A stretch of 64,000 bases of DNA from Pseudomonadaceae bacterium. GTDB lineage: Bacteria > Pseudomonadota > Gammaproteobacteria > Pseudomonadales > Pseudomonadaceae. Location: contig JAYNRF010000017.1 of NCBI GenBank assembly GCA_038114645.1, forward strand, positions 13,536-77,535, given 5' to 3'. The notes below the pieces were generated by a model. The model saw nothing but the letters and a program-made list of their open reading frames with translations. It did not search any database and was not told where the DNA came from. Shown one piece after another: positions 28,747 to 39,781 of this stretch; positions within the stretch are counted from its first letter, which is position 1; every line of letters begins with the position of its first letter. The position numbers and the translations under genes are program-made.

Positions 28747-29328
28747 ATGTCCACCAAGAAGATTCTGCTGCTGGCTGGCGACTTTACCGAAGACTACGAA
28801 ACCATGGTGCCGTATCAGGCGCTGAGCATGCTGGGCTATGAGGTGCATGCGGTATGCCCGGATAAAGCTGCTGGCGAGACTGTGAAAACGGCTATCCATG
28901 ACTTTGAGGGTGACCAGACCTACACCGAGAAGCCGGGCCACCTGTTTGTGCTGACCCATGACTTTGCCGGTGTGAAGGCCGATGATTATGTGGGCCTGGT
29001 GGTTCCGGGCGGTCGGGCGCCGGAGTATCTGCGTCTGAATGCCGACGTGATTGCGCTGGTGCAGGCGTTCAACGCGGCAAACAAGCCGATTGCGGCGGTG
29101 TGCCACGGTGCGCAGCTGCTGGCTGCTGCCGGTGTGCTGGAAGGGCGCGAGTGCAGTGCGTATCCTGCCTGCGGCCCGGATGTGCGCATGGCTGGCGGTA
29201 CCTATATCGACATCGCTGCCGATCAGGCGCACGTTCAGGGTAATCTGGTCACCGCGCCGGCGTGGCCGTCGCATCCGCGCTGGCTGGCGGCGTTTGTGAA
29301 GCTGCTGGGCGCCCGAATCGAACTCTGA
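28747..29328 (+). CDS. DJ-1/PfpI family protein
   Basis: 193 aa. AAGGAGG lies 7 nt upstream of ATG 28747. Nucleophile-elbow context ..[12 protein letters not shown].. typical of DJ-1/PfpI. Confidence 0.9.
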   Translation: MSTKKILLLAGDFTEDYETMVPYQALSMLGYEVHAVCPDKAAGETVKTAIHDFEGDQTYTEKPGHLFVLTHDFAGVKADDYVGLVVPGGRAPEYLRLNADVIALVQAFNAANKPIAAVCHGAQLLAAAGVLEGRECSAYPACGPDVRMAGGTYIDIAADQAHVQGNLVTAPAWPSHPRWLAAFVKLLGARIEL

Positions 29329-29373
29329 GTCATGCGGGGCTGGCTGCGGTCAGCCCCTGCAGAGGAGAGCTGC

Positions 29374-29685
29374 ATGTGTGAACTCTACGTCAAGGCGGAC
29401 CCGATTCTGTACGAGTCGCGCTCGCGTTCGCTGCGTATTCGCGGCGTTGTGACTACCCTGCGGTTGGAGAACCAGTTCTGGGACATCCTGCAGGAGATTG
29501 CCGAGGTGGACGACATGACCACCAATCAACTGATTACCAAGCTGTATGACGAAGTCATGGAGCTGCGTGGCGAAGTGGTTAACTTTGCTTCCTTCCTGCG
29601 CGTGAGCTGCACGCGCTATCTGGCCCAGCGCGAGGCCCGTGTCGTTCCGCTGGCGGTGGTAGGGCGCAGTACAGCTCGGGGCTGA
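29374..29685 (+). CDS. ribbon-helix-helix domain protein
   Basis: ATG at 29374 (MCELYVKADPILYESRSRSLRIRG..TTLRLENQFWDILQEIA) with GAGGAG upstream. Family assigned from memory. Confidence 0.6.
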   Translation: MCELYVKADPILYESRSRSLRIRGVVTTLRLENQFWDILQEIAEVDDMTTNQLITKLYDEVMELRGEVVNFASFLRVSCTRYLAQREARVVPLAVVGRSTARG

Positions 29686-29766
29686 TTTCGCTTTCAGCTG
29701 TACCGCTCGACGACGTCAGGGCTTTGCTAGCATGGCTGCTTCCCTGATTCCCTTCGGAGCCGTTCG

Positions 29767-30399
29767 ATGTCTATCGAAACCTGGCTGGCTTTCTTCGTTG
29801 CCTGCTGGATCATCAGCCTGTCGCCGGGTGCCGGTGCCATCGCGTCGATGTCCAGCGGCCTCAATTACGGTTTTGTTCGTGGTTACTGGACTGCGCTGGG
29901 CCTGCAGCTCGGGCTGGTGATGCAGATTGCCGTGGTGGCCGCTGGCGTGGGCGCGTTGCTGGCAACCTCTGCGCTGGCTTTCAGCGTGATCAAGTGGTTC
30001 GGTGTGCTCTATCTGCTGTATCTGGCGCTGCGGCAGTGGCAAGCCCCGACCATGCAGATGGATGACGGTGATGCCCCGCGGGCGTTGGGCCAGCCGCTGG
30101 TGCTGATGTTCCGTGGCCTGCTGGTCAATGCGAGCAATCCCAAGGCGGTGGTCTTCATGCTGGCGGTATTGCCGCAGTTCCTGGATGTGAGCCAGCCGCT
30201 GGCGGCGCAGTACCTGATCATGGGCGCGACCATGATTACGGTCGATCTGATCGTCATGGCGGGCTACACCGGGCTGGCTGCGCGGGTGCTGCGATTGTTG
30301 CGTTCGCCGCGTCAGCAGCGCGTGCTTAACCGCAGCTTTGCCGGGCTGTTTGCGGCGGCGGCAGGCATGCTGACCCTGGTGCGCCGCGGTGCTGCCTGA
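29767..30399 (+). CDS. LysE/RhtB family amino-acid exporter
   Basis: 210-aa ORF MSIETWLAFFVACWIISLSPGAGA.. with 6 TM segments, typical of the LysE family. Confidence 0.9.
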   Translation: MSIETWLAFFVACWIISLSPGAGAIASMSSGLNYGFVRGYWTALGLQLGLVMQIAVVAAGVGALLATSALAFSVIKWFGVLYLLYLALRQWQAPTMQMDDGDAPRALGQPLVLMFRGLLVNASNPKAVVFMLAVLPQFLDVSQPLAAQYLIMGATMITVDLIVMAGYTGLAARVLRLLRSPRQQRVLNRSFAGLFAAAAGMLTLVRRGAA

Positions 30400-30405
30400 G
30401 CGACC

Positions 30406-31293
30406 TCAGCGCCCCTGTTGCCAGTGGCTGCGGTAGCTGGATGGTGACATTCCGGTGTGCTGCCGGAAGCGGTTGCTGAAGTGTGCCGCTGAGCTGAAGC
30501 CACAGCTCAGCGCAATCTGCAGCAGGTTGATGCTGCTGTCGCGAAGCAGGCGCTCTGCCTTGGCCAGTCGCTGCTGCTGCACGTAACGGTGCGGCGGCAG
30601 GCCCAGACTTTGTTTGAACATCCGTGCGAAGTGGTACTCGCTGAGCTGGCACTGGGCGGCCAGGTCGGCCAGCTGCAGCGGTTGCTCCAGATGACTGTCG
30701 ATGTAGTCCCGAATGTGTCTGATCTGTGCGGGTGCCAGGCCGCCCTTGATGATCGGCTCCTGCCAGCTGACCTGGGTGTAGTGCTTGAGCACATGGCTCA
30801 GCAGCAGGTTGCTGGCGCTGCTGAGGGTCAGACTGTCGCTGCTGTCGTGCCAGTTGCTGGTCAGCAGGAAGTGACGGTAGAGCAGGGCGATCTGCGGGTC
30901 GTCGGCAAACAGCCTTTCGTTGACGCTCAGCTCCAGCGGGCTGCGGTCCCAGGTCTGTTCTGCGAGTTGGCGCAGGTGGGCGTCGGTGAAATACAGGTGA
31001 ACGAACGACAGCGGGCCGCGGATATTCCAGCTGGAGGCGTACTGCCGGGGCATCAGGCATAGCCGATCCGGACCGCCGCCGTTGTGCCAGCCGTCTTTGC
31101 CCTTGAAGTAGGACTGATAGCCGTCGGCGATATACAGGCTGAGGGTGTGATGGTCGGCGTTCTCGAGGTCGATCAGGTCCTGCTCGTTATACCAGGACGC
31201 CAGCCCGATGCCGTTGCCGAGCGTGGTGCTGTCCTGCAGTCGGGTGTTGTGCCGACTCAAACTGTCGAATACCTGAAAGCGCTCGCCGGACAT
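30406..31293 (-). CDS. AraC family transcriptional regulator
   Basis: ATG at 31293 (MSGERFQVF..). C-terminal double HTH (..LAAQCQLSEYHFARMFKQSLG.. IALSCGFSSAAHFSNRFRQHTGMSPSSYR). Confidence 0.9.
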   Translation of the reverse strand: MSGERFQVFDSLSRHNTRLQDSTTLGNGIGLASWYNEQDLIDLENADHHTLSLYIADGYQSYFKGKDGWHNGGGPDRLCLMPRQYASSWNIRGPLSFVHLYFTDAHLRQLAEQTWDRSPLELSVNERLFADDPQIALLYRHFLLTSNWHDSSDSLTLSSASNLLLSHVLKHYTQVSWQEPIIKGGLAPAQIRHIRDYIDSHLEQPLQLADLAAQCQLSEYHFARMFKQSLGLPPHRYVQQQRLAKAERLLRDSSINLLQIALSCGFSSAAHFSNRFRQHTGMSPSSYRSHWQQGR

Positions 31294-31471
31294 CGTCGTT
31301 CCCGTTTGCCCTGATCCGTGTCCGGCAATGGTAGGCCGGTCGCAGGATAACGCCAAGCGGCCTGGGCACCGCTCGGCAGAAAAGCGCAGGAATGCGCAAC
31401 GTCAGCGCAAGCTTGTGCAAGCAGGCTTGCGAATAGCGCCGGATACTCCGGCTACTGTTTCAAGAGATCGC

Positions 31472-32374
31472 ATGATGAACGTCTTTCTGTACGCTGCCAC
31501 TGTCCTGATCTGGGGAACCACCTGGATTGCCATTTCCATGCAGACTGGCACGGTGGCGCCACTGGTGTCGGTGTTCTATCGCTTTGCGTTGGCGGCGGTG
31601 CTGATGCTGGTTGTGCTGTCGCTGCTGGGGCGTTTGCGGCGCATCAGTGCGCGTGATCATCTGTTCTGCGTCTTGCAGGGCATCTGTGTGTTTGGTCTGA
31701 ACTTCTACTGTTTTTACACCGCCAATGCCTATATCAACAGCGGCCTGGAGTCGGTGCTGTTTTCGCTGGCGACGTTGTTCAATGCGGTAAACAGTGCGGT
31801 GTTTTTTGGCGTGCGTCCGGGCCGTCGGTTGCTGTGGGCCAACCTGCTTGGTCTGGTGGGTATCGTCTGTCTGTTCTGGCATGACCTGCAGTCGGCGCAG
31901 CTGAGCAGCGCCGCGCTAACCGGCATTGGTCTGAGCCTGCTGGGTACCTTTGGCTTCTCACTGGGCAACATGATCAGCGTGCGTCATCAGCGGCGGGGGC
32001 TCAACGTGCTCTCGACCAACAGCTATGCCATGGGCTATGGCGCGTTGGCGATGCTGGCGCTGGCGTTGCTGCGCGGTGAGGCGTTCATTGTCGACTGGAG
32101 CATCGGCTATATAGGCTCATTGCTGTACCTGTCGCTGATCGGCTCGGTGATCGGTTTTGCTGCCTATTTTGCGCTGGTCGGGCGTATCGGGGCCGGCGCA
32201 GCGGCGTATGCCACGGTGCTGTTTCCGCTGATCGCGCTGGGGCTGTCGACGCTGTTCGAGGGGTATCAGTGGACTGGCATGGCGGTGGTCGGGCTGGTAC
32301 TTATTCTGCTCGGCAATCTGGTGATGTTCTATCGGCCGCGACCCAGTGCCGCAGCGGTGCCGGTCGCTGACTGA
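31472..32374 (+). CDS. EamA/DMT family transporter
   Basis: ATG at 31472 (MMNVFLYAATVLIWGTTWIAI..) with 10 TM segments. Divergent from the AraC regulator. Confidence 0.85.
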   Translation: MMNVFLYAATVLIWGTTWIAISMQTGTVAPLVSVFYRFALAAVLMLVVLSLLGRLRRISARDHLFCVLQGICVFGLNFYCFYTANAYINSGLESVLFSLATLFNAVNSAVFFGVRPGRRLLWANLLGLVGIVCLFWHDLQSAQLSSAALTGIGLSLLGTFGFSLGNMISVRHQRRGLNVLSTNSYAMGYGALAMLALALLRGEAFIVDWSIGYIGSLLYLSLIGSVIGFAAYFALVGRIGAGAAAYATVLFPLIALGLSTLFEGYQWTGMAVVGLVLILLGNLVMFYRPRPSAAAVPVAD

Positions 32375-32418
32375 CTGTGCCATGCTGTGGGCATTCGATG
32401 GCATGCAAGAGTGACTAC

Positions 32419-32661
32419 ATGGACTATCTGATCATTGCGGTTGCAACCCTGAGCGGGCTGTATTTTCACTGGTGGTTATTTGTGCGCATGCGCCGCTGGG
32501 CTGACCGCGATCTGGCGCTTTCGATGGCAGGGGAAGACCAGGCGTGGCGCGCTTATATGCTCGAATCGCTCGCACAGGCCAAGGCGCAGAAGGTGCCGCG
32601 TAAGGACCTGGAGAGCTGGCTGCGCGCAGCGGCCGACCGTTATCTGGCGCAAGAATCCTGA
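32419..32661 (+). CDS. small hypothetical membrane protein
   Basis: ATG at 32419 (MDYLIIAVATLSGLYFHWWLFV..), one TM then a charged tail. No family recognised. Confidence 0.4.
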   Translation: MDYLIIAVATLSGLYFHWWLFVRMRRWADRDLALSMAGEDQAWRAYMLESLAQAKAQKVPRKDLESWLRAAADRYLAQES

Positions 32662-32728
32662 GGAACTTGGATAAAGCGGACTACTCTGTTGAGAGGGTTG
32701 GAATTCATTCGCGCCAAGGAGTACCACG

Positions 32729-32962
32729 ATGGAATTGCACCAGAAAGATCTCGGCACGCTGTTTGAACAGTTGGGCTTGCCGGCTGACGCCGCCAGCATA
32801 GAGGCGTTCTTTGCCACCCATTCCCTTGAGCATGACGCTCGCCTGGTTGATGCACCGTTCTGGACGCCTGCCCAGGCGGCTTTTCTCAGCCAGCAGATCA
32901 GTGAAGACGCCGAGTGGGCGCCGCTGGTGGATGAGCTGAACGCACGCTTGCACGAGGCGTAG
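32729..32962 (+). CDS. DUF2789-like small protein
   Basis: 77-aa ORF with AAGGAG upstream (MELHQKDLGTLFEQLGLPADAASIEAFF..). Family name from memory. Confidence 0.6.
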   Translation: MELHQKDLGTLFEQLGLPADAASIEAFFATHSLEHDARLVDAPFWTPAQAAFLSQQISEDAEWAPLVDELNARLHEA

Positions 32963-33127
32963 CAGAGGCATCATTCAGGGCGTCGATGCGAGCTTCATTG
33001 GTGGTTTGGTCGAGGCAGGGGGTGGCAGATTCTGGCATGATGACGGTCTGCTGAATCACGTTGCACTCTGCCTGTCAGCGGTCGTGATCGCTGTGTTACG
33101 CCCGCTGTTATTACGGACACCCGTCGC

Positions 33128-34315
33128 ATGCCTTTTTACATCCTGCTTATTCTGGGCGGCCTCAGTGCCTTTGGCCCGCTCGCCATCGATATGTATCTGC
33201 CTGCCTTCCCGGCGATTGGAGCGGCGTTGGCAGCGGACACCGAACAGGTTCAGCTGAGTCTGTCGGTCTATTTTCTTGGGCTGGCCAGCGGCCAGCTGAT
33301 CTATGGGCCGCTGGCCGATCTTTACGGGCGGCGTGGCCCGCTGTTGTTCGGTATCGGCTTGTTCTGTCTTGCCTCGCTGGCCTGTGCCTTTGCACCTACG
33401 CTGGAGTGGCTGCTGGCGGCGCGCTTTGCCCAGGCGCTGGGCGGCTGTGCCGGGATGGTGGTCAACCGCGCGGTGGTGCGCGACCTGTGCGCGCCTATTG
33501 ATGCGGCCAAGGCGTTTTCGCAATTGATGCTGATCATGGGGGTAGCGCCAATTCTGGCGCCGATGCTGGGCAGTACGTTGCTGATCTTCGCCGGCTGGTC
33601 GAGCATCTTCCTGTTTCTTACGGTGTTTTCCGCCATCTTTGCCCTGGCGGTCTACTTCTTTTTGCCGGAAACACTGCCGCAGCACCTGACGCCACCGCCG
33701 CTGTCGACCTCAGTCGGGCGCTATCTGGAGTTGCTGCGGGAGCCGCTGTTCATGTTTCACGCGTTGACCGGCGGGGTGGCTATGGCCGGCATGTTTGCCT
33801 ATATCGCTGGCTCGCCCTATGTGTTCATGGAGCTGTTTCAGGTGCCGGCGGATGATTACGCGTGGCTGTTCGGTAGTGTCGCCACCTGTTTCATTTTGAC
33901 CGCACAACTCAACAGCCGCATGCTGCGACGCTGGACCCAGCTGCAGCTGATCAGCCATATGACGGCGGTCTACCTGCTGGCGACCTGGAGCTTGCTGCTG
34001 GTTGCCTGGCTGCGGGTAGACAGCCTGTGGCTGTTCATGCCGCCGCTGTTTGTCAGCGTCGGTGTCATTGCCCTGGTGCTGCCGAATGCCTCTGCCTGCG
34101 CCCTGGCAGGACACGGTCATCAGGCAGGCGTGGCTTCGGCGCTGATGGGGACCATGCAGTTCATCATCGCCGGGATCACCTCCGCGCTGGTCGGGGTGCT
34201 GCACAACGACAGCGCCATGCCGATGGCGGGGGTGATGGCGGTCTGCGGGGGACTGACCGTGCTGATGGCGCTGATGGCCCGGCGGACGGCGCGACGTCTC
34301 GCCGAGCCAGCATAA
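33128..34315 (+). CDS. Bcr/CflA family MFS drug efflux transporter
   Basis: 395-aa ORF (..LSAFGPLAIDMYLPAFPAI.. GPLADLYGRR..) with 12 TM segments. Confidence 0.9.
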   Translation: MPFYILLILGGLSAFGPLAIDMYLPAFPAIGAALAADTEQVQLSLSVYFLGLASGQLIYGPLADLYGRRGPLLFGIGLFCLASLACAFAPTLEWLLAARFAQALGGCAGMVVNRAVVRDLCAPIDAAKAFSQLMLIMGVAPILAPMLGSTLLIFAGWSSIFLFLTVFSAIFALAVYFFLPETLPQHLTPPPLSTSVGRYLELLREPLFMFHALTGGVAMAGMFAYIAGSPYVFMELFQVPADDYAWLFGSVATCFILTAQLNSRMLRRWTQLQLISHMTAVYLLATWSLLLVAWLRVDSLWLFMPPLFVSVGVIALVLPNASACALAGHGHQAGVASALMGTMQFIIAGITSALVGVLHNDSAMPMAGVMAVCGGLTVLMALMARRTARRLAEPA

Positions 34316-34316
34316 G

Positions 34317-35771
34317 TTACGCCCAGGCGTGGCGGGTGCTGGCACCTGCGTTGCTGGTGTTGCGCTGAGAGCTGCCTTCTGAAAGCAGGGCAGAGAGCCG
34401 AATGTCGGCACCCAGCACGTAGCGCAGCTGGCCTCGTTCATCGAGCACGGGGGCTGAGAGCGTGAAACAGAAGCCGTCAGTGGCGGCTGAGCGATAGACG
34501 TCACTGATAAACGGCGAGAGCGTGTCACGTACGTTTGAGAACCACGGGCGGTTGGACCAGTTCTTGCCCCGTGAGCTGGCGCGCGAGCCGTCTTGCAGAT
34601 CGGCACTGAGGATATTTTCGCTGACCTGCACGCCATCGGCACCGACCAGATACATCAGCTCAAACCGGCCATCCTGATCAATCCAGCGCTGCATCGCTTG
34701 CTCGGCACCCAGTCCACCACGTGCCAGCTCGTCGCTGGCGGCCATCTCGGTAACGCGCTGACGGATGACCTGATGCAATCCCAGCTGGAAGCCGCCCAAG
34801 CCTTCCAGTAGCCGGTCTCCTTCACTGCGCACCGCTTCGCTGTGTTCGAGTACGGATGAGGCCTTTTGCATCATCGAACTGGCTACACCGGCGACACTCT
34901 GCACGTCCTGGCTGACTGAGCGTACCGCGGCGCCAATCTGCTCTGCGCCGCTGGCGATACTGGCAATACGCTGATCCAGTTGTCCCATTGCGGCGGTTGC
35001 GTCACTCAGGCTGCGGTCCATGCTGATGATGCGCTCGCGCCCGGTGGCGACAGCCGATTGCATCTGGCTGCTGGCGTTGTTCAGGTTCTGCATGCCGGTA
35101 CGGAAGTTGTCGATGATCTCGGCAACCTTGTCGGTGGCGGCGGTCGTCTTGCCGGCAAGGGTGCGTACTTCGTCTGCGACGACCGCGAACCCGCGTCCTT
35201 GTTCGCCGGCTCTTGCCGCTTCAATGGCAGCGTTGAGCGCAAGCAAATTGGTTTGCTGGGAAATGTTGGCGATCATGCCGATCACTTGAGTGATCTCTTC
35301 CAGCTGCTTGCCGATCTCGCCAATCTGCGCGGTCAGTTCGCTTTCGCAGCTGTTGATTGTGTCTACTTGCCCCAGAACGTTGCTGCTGTCTTGCTCGCAC
35401 TGGCGCAATTGCGTGCTGACTTCGCTGGAAAGCTGCGATACAGCCGTGGCCCCAGGCACCAGCTCGGCATCCAGGGTGGTACTGACCTGCTCGGTCGCGC
35501 TGGCGATTTCCTCGGAGGATTGCGCCAGCTGCTCGCCGTGCGCGCGACTGTCGGCCGCAATGCGTGCCAGCTCGGGCGCATGTGCAGCAATGCCGACGGC
35601 AGCATGCAGGCTTAGGGTGATGCGTTGCTGGAGGGTGCGGGCAAACTCGTTCAGATTTGCGAGCGGGCCGTATTGGTGCGGCAGCTCCGCCGCCAGATTC
35701 AAATCCTTGAACAGTGCATCGGTGGTGCTGCCCGACTCGCGGCTGTAGCGGGCGATATTGAAGATCCCCAT
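34317..35771 (-). CDS. soluble methyl-accepting chemotaxis protein with a C-terminal Cache/PAS-like domain
   Basis: 484 aa with no TM segment. The MCP hairpin-tip motif ([35 protein letters not shown]) is near residue 190. The C-terminal ~140 aa carry a Cache-like pattern ([25 protein letters not shown]). Confidence 0.9.
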   Translation of the reverse strand: MGIFNIARYSRESGSTTDALFKDLNLAAELPHQYGPLANLNEFARTLQQRITLSLHAAVGIAAHAPELARIAADSRAHGEQLAQSSEEIASATEQVSTTLDAELVPGATAVSQLSSEVSTQLRQCEQDSSNVLGQVDTINSCESELTAQIGEIGKQLEEITQVIGMIANISQQTNLLALNAAIEAARAGEQGRGFAVVADEVRTLAGKTTAATDKVAEIIDNFRTGMQNLNNASSQMQSAVATGRERIISMDRSLSDATAAMGQLDQRIASIASGAEQIGAAVRSVSQDVQSVAGVASSMMQKASSVLEHSEAVRSEGDRLLEGLGGFQLGLHQVIRQRVTEMAASDELARGGLGAEQAMQRWIDQDGRFELMYLVGADGVQVSENILSADLQDGSRASSRGKNWSNRPWFSNVRDTLSPFISDVYRSAATDGFCFTLSAPVLDERGQLRYVLGADIRLSALLSEGSSQRNTSNAGASTRHAWA

Positions 35772-35938
35772 AAGTGCTCCTTGCAGGCGGTTTGTATCAC
35801 TCTGCCATCATGCAAAGGCTAAGCAATAACTACGCCAGAGCGGAAAACGTGGGTCTAATGCGAAGGGGCGGTGGAGGTGTAGGCTTGATGTGCGTGGTTT
35901 TGGTGCGAAGCCTGGCGTCGGGCGCCTGATCCGAGGGC

Positions 35939-35972
35939 AAAAAAAACCGCAGCGAAAGCTGCGGTTTTTTTT
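35939..35972. terminator. bidirectional rho-independent terminator between fabB and the chemoreceptor promoter region
   Basis: A8-CCGCAGC-GAAA-GCTGCGG-T8, located 14 nt downstream of the fabB stop. Confidence 0.85.
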
Positions 35973-35985
35973 CAGCGGATCACGA

Positions 35986-37203
35986 TCACGCATCTTTCCA
36001 GCGTTTCAGGATCAGTGTGGCGTTGGTGCCACCGAACCCGAAGCTGTTGGACATGATCAGATCAACCGCCTGATCCAGGCGCTCGCGCAGAATCGGCAGA
36101 TCGCCCACGTTTTCGTCCAGCTCGTCGATGTTGGCCGAGGCGGTCAGGAAGTTATCACGCAGCATCAGCATGCAGTAGATGGCTTCCTGTACACCGGCAG
36201 CGCCCAGCGAGTGACCAGACAGGCTCTTGGTGGAGCTGATCTTCGGTGCCTTGTCGCCAAACACTTCACGGATCGCTTTCAGCTCGGCGACGTCGCCGAC
36301 CGGAGTGGAGGTGCCGTGGGTGTTGAGGTAGTCGATGGCGCCATCAACGGTTGCCAGCGCCTGCTGCATGCAGCGCACGGCACCTTCGCCGCTCGGTGCG
36401 ACCATGTCGTAACCGTCAGAGGTGGCACCGTAGCCAACCACTTCGGCGTAGATCTTGGCGCCGCGAGCCAGCGCGTGCTCCAGCTCTTCAACCACGACCA
36501 TGCCGCCGCCGCCAGCGATGACAAAACCGTCACGGTTGGCATCGTAAGCACGGGAGGCTTTGGTCGGGTTTTCGTTGTTCTGGGTCGACAGCGCGCCCAT
36601 GGCGTCGAACAGCATGGTCTGAGACCAGTGTTCCTCTTCACCACCGCCAGCGAAGACGATGTCCTGCTTGCCCAGCTGGATCAGCTCGGCAGCGTGGCCG
36701 ATACAGTGCGCGCTGGTGGCACAGGCGGAGGAGATGGAGTAGTTGACGCCCTTGATCTTGAACGGGGTCGCCAGGCAGGCAGAAACGGTGCTACCCATGG
36801 TGCGCGGCACGCGGTATGGCCCGATCTTCTTGACGCCTTTCTCGCGCAGAATGTCGATGGCTTCCATCTGGTTCAGAGTAGAAGCACCGCCACTGCCGGC
36901 AACCAGACCGGTGCGCACGTTGCTGACCTGCTCTTCGCCCAGGCCGGCATCAGCGATGGCCTGCTGCATGGACAGGTAGGCGTAGGCCGCAGCATCACCC
37001 ATGAAGCGCTTGACCTTACGGTCGATGGCGGCTTCGAGGTCGATGTCTACGGAGCCGGAAACATGGCTACGCAGACCCATTTCGGCGTACGAGGGATTGA
37101 AACGGATGCCGGATTTGCCTTCTTTCAGACTGGCAGCAACGGAGTCCAGGTCCTGGCCCAGGCAGGAAACGATGCCCATGCCGGTAATCACGACGCGACG
37201 CAT
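35986..37203 (-). CDS. fabB: beta-ketoacyl-ACP synthase I
   Basis: 405-aa ORF with the active-site context [12 protein letters not shown]. Directly downstream of fabA. Confidence 0.97.
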   Translation of the reverse strand: MRRVVITGMGIVSCLGQDLDSVAASLKEGKSGIRFNPSYAEMGLRSHVSGSVDIDLEAAIDRKVKRFMGDAAAYAYLSMQQAIADAGLGEEQVSNVRTGLVAGSGGASTLNQMEAIDILREKGVKKIGPYRVPRTMGSTVSACLATPFKIKGVNYSISSACATSAHCIGHAAELIQLGKQDIVFAGGGEEEHWSQTMLFDAMGALSTQNNENPTKASRAYDANRDGFVIAGGGGMVVVEELEHALARGAKIYAEVVGYGATSDGYDMVAPSGEGAVRCMQQALATVDGAIDYLNTHGTSTPVGDVAELKAIREVFGDKAPKISSTKSLSGHSLGAAGVQEAIYCMLMLRDNFLTASANIDELDENVGDLPILRERLDQAVDLIMSNSFGFGGTNATLILKRWKDA

Positions 37204-37214
37204 AGTGATGATCC

Positions 37215-37730
37215 TCAGAAACTATCGGTAGAAGTGAACAGACCCACGCGCAGACCTTCGGCGCTGTAGATCTCGCGACCATCGACGGCCACGCTGCCAT
37301 CGGCGATACCGAGGGTCAGGGCGCGGTTCATGGTGCGCTTGATATGAATGGTGTAGGTCACCTTCTTGGCAGTCGGCAGCACCTGACCGAAGAATTTGAC
37401 TTCGCCGGAGCCCAGTGCACGACCGCGACCCTGGAAACCCAGCCAGCCGAGGTGGAAGCCAACCAGCTGCCACATGGCGTCCAGACCCAGACAACCCGGC
37501 ATGACGGGGTCGCCTTCGAAGTGGCATGCGAAGAACCACAGGTCAGGGGTGATATCCAGCTCGGCGACGATTTCGCCCTTGCCGTATTTGCCGCCGGTCT
37601 CGCTGATGTGCGTGATACGGTCGATCATCAGCATGTTGGGGGCCGGAAGTTGTGCGTTTCCGGGGCCAAACATTTCGCCACGGCTGCATTTCAGCAGCTC
37701 TTCCCGGGTGTACGCATTCTGTCGTGTCAT
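37215..37730 (-). CDS. fabA: 3-hydroxydecanoyl-ACP dehydratase/isomerase
   Basis: ATG at 37730 ([13 protein letters not shown]..) with AGGAG upstream, 171 aa. Motif [24 protein letters not shown]. Confidence 0.97.
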   Translation of the reverse strand: MTRQNAYTREELLKCSRGEMFGPGNAQLPAPNMLMIDRITHISETGGKYGKGEIVAELDITPDLWFFACHFEGDPVMPGCLGLDAMWQLVGFHLGWLGFQGRGRALGSGEVKFFGQVLPTAKKVTYTIHIKRTMNRALTLGIADGSVAVDGREIYSAEGLRVGLFTSTDSF

Positions 37731-38074
37731 AGAGGCTCCTGCTCGTCCCCGTCCTCGGGGCACTATTGATTCGGCTTGTTCTGTGTCAGCAAGCATCCGA
37801 AAGGGCGCGCGGCCAGTCATGATAAATGAGCTGGGGGGCGTTGGCTGTGCCATCTGCATGACCTGAGTCAAGCTTGTGCACTGTGTACGCCTGCCTGCAC
37901 TGCGCTTTCGGTTGGCTGCTGAGCGTTTTTTGCTCGCGTAAGCTCAGACTCAGCGCCTGCCAAGAAAGTCACAACATCCACGTTTTGCGTGCGATGAGGC
38001 GTTGAGGATACCCGCGAAGGCGAGTCAGGACAAAGTTTCTGTGTCCGGACCCGCCAGCGGGAGAGGAGGGAGGA

Positions 38075-39634
38075 TCAGGCCAGCACGCCGTGCTCGGCGT
38101 GGAACTGGTCACGCAACTCGCGCTTGAGTACCTTGCCGATCGCGCTGCGCGGCAGTTCGTCGGTGATGATGACGCGGTTCAGACGCTGGGTCTTGCCGAC
38201 GCGCTCGTTGAACCAGGCTTGCACCTGCTCGGCTTCTACCGTGCGACCCGGAAAGGGAACGACGTAGGCAACCGGGGTTTCGCCCCAGCTGGTGGAGGCC
38301 ACGCCGACCACGGTGACGTCCTGGAGATCGGCGTGCTTGCGCAGCTCGGCTTCGAGATCGCTGGGGTAGATGTTAAAGCCACCGCTGATGATCATGTCCT
38401 TGCGGCGATCCATCAGGGTCAGGAAGCCTTCTTCATCGAAGCGACCGACGTCACCGGTGCGGATGAAGCGCTTGCCGGTGCTGTCGTACCACTCGGCTTC
38501 GGCGGTTTTCTCTGGCTTGTTCAGGTAGCCAGCCATCATCGCTGGGGAATGGCCGACTACTTCACCGATCTCTCCGCGCGGCAGCTCGACACCGTCTTCG
38601 TCGATCACGCGCATGTCGTGACCTTCCATCGGCATGCCAACGGTGTGCAGCTTGTCAGGGTAGGTGTGCGCAGCCAGTGCGCAGGAGCCACCGCCTTCGG
38701 TCATGCCATAGAACTCGACCAGTCCACCCGGCCAGCGCTTGACGACGTCTGCCTTCAGCTCTGCGTGGAACGGCGCGCTGGTGCTGAATTTCATGATGTA
38801 GCTGCTGAGGTCATAGCTGTCGAAGTCAGGGCGCGCCATGATGCGCTGGTATTGAACCGGCACCAGCATGGTGTGGGTGATGCGGTTCTCTTCTGCCAGC
38901 TTCAGATAACGCTCGGCGTCAAACTTGGCCATGATGACCAGAGTGCCGCCCAGGCCAATGGTCGGCAGGAATGAAACCAGGGTGGTGTTCGAGTACAGCG
39001 GGGTCGACATCAGTGTGCGGCAGTCCGGGCCATAGCCCATGGTCAGGCCACGCTGAATATGTGACCAGCGCATACCGTGTGATTGCACGATGCCCTTGGG
39101 CTCGCCGGTAGTGCCGGAGGAATAGATAACGTTGAAGGTCATCTCGGGGGTGATTTCAACCGCGGTGGGTTTGGCGCCTTCCTCGGCGAGCCACTCGTTG
39201 TAGTGACGCTCGGCGCCGCTGTTGTCCATGGTCAGCAACGGCATGGTCAGGCTGCCACGCACGCCGGCAATGGCCTTGTGGACGCTGGCGTCAACAAAGA
39301 ACAGTTTGGCTGCAGAATCGGCGAGCATGCCGAGCAGGCTTTCCGGGGTGGATGACGGCGCCAGCGGGGCGACGGTGACGCCGGCACGCAGGGCACCAAC
39401 AAACAGGACGGCGTAGTTGATCGAGTTACTGCCGCAGATGGCAATGGCGTCGCCAGCCGTCAGGCCATCGCGCTGCAGTGCTGCAGCAACGCGGTTTGCT
39501 TCAGCATCCAGCTGTCGGTAGCTCATCCGCTGCGCGCCCTCGATCAGAGCCGGGTGCTCGGCGCGGTTCTGCGCGTGCAGGGCGATCAGTGCGGGTAGGG
39601 TGGTGTACGGCGATTCAAGGGTAACGGTCGACAT
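38075..39634 (-). CDS. AMP-dependent acyl-CoA ligase (class I adenylate-forming enzyme)
   Basis: 519-aa ORF with the AMP-binding signature IYSSGTTGEPKG and a C-terminal ..GKVLKRELR. Confidence 0.9.
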   Translation of the reverse strand: MSTVTLESPYTTLPALIALHAQNRAEHPALIEGAQRMSYRQLDAEANRVAAALQRDGLTAGDAIAICGSNSINYAVLFVGALRAGVTVAPLAPSSTPESLLGMLADSAAKLFFVDASVHKAIAGVRGSLTMPLLTMDNSGAERHYNEWLAEEGAKPTAVEITPEMTFNVIYSSGTTGEPKGIVQSHGMRWSHIQRGLTMGYGPDCRTLMSTPLYSNTTLVSFLPTIGLGGTLVIMAKFDAERYLKLAEENRITHTMLVPVQYQRIMARPDFDSYDLSSYIMKFSTSAPFHAELKADVVKRWPGGLVEFYGMTEGGGSCALAAHTYPDKLHTVGMPMEGHDMRVIDEDGVELPRGEIGEVVGHSPAMMAGYLNKPEKTAEAEWYDSTGKRFIRTGDVGRFDEEGFLTLMDRRKDMIISGGFNIYPSDLEAELRKHADLQDVTVVGVASTSWGETPVAYVVPFPGRTVEAEQVQAWFNERVGKTQRLNRVIITDELPRSAIGKVLKRELRDQFHAEHGVLA

Positions 39635-39781
39635 GGTCTGGACGCTCGAGATTATTGGGGTTGTAGGAGCCGGTTATCTGTGTCGTGACGAGACAACCAT
39701 TTGTGACCACCTAGTCTCGCGATTTGGTCAAGCTGAATCCAGCGTCCCAGAGCCCATTTTTGTTGATGAAATGTAGGTCGA

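Noticed and set aside
37877-37902. Direct repeat TGCACTG (37877-37883 and 37896-37902) in the 344-nt region upstream of fabA as a fatty-acid regulator operator
   Set aside because: Two 7-mers can occur by chance. I could not match them to a DesT/FabR/FadR-type palindrome from memory, and they lie about 150 nt from the fabA start. This is not enough evidence for a regulatory call.
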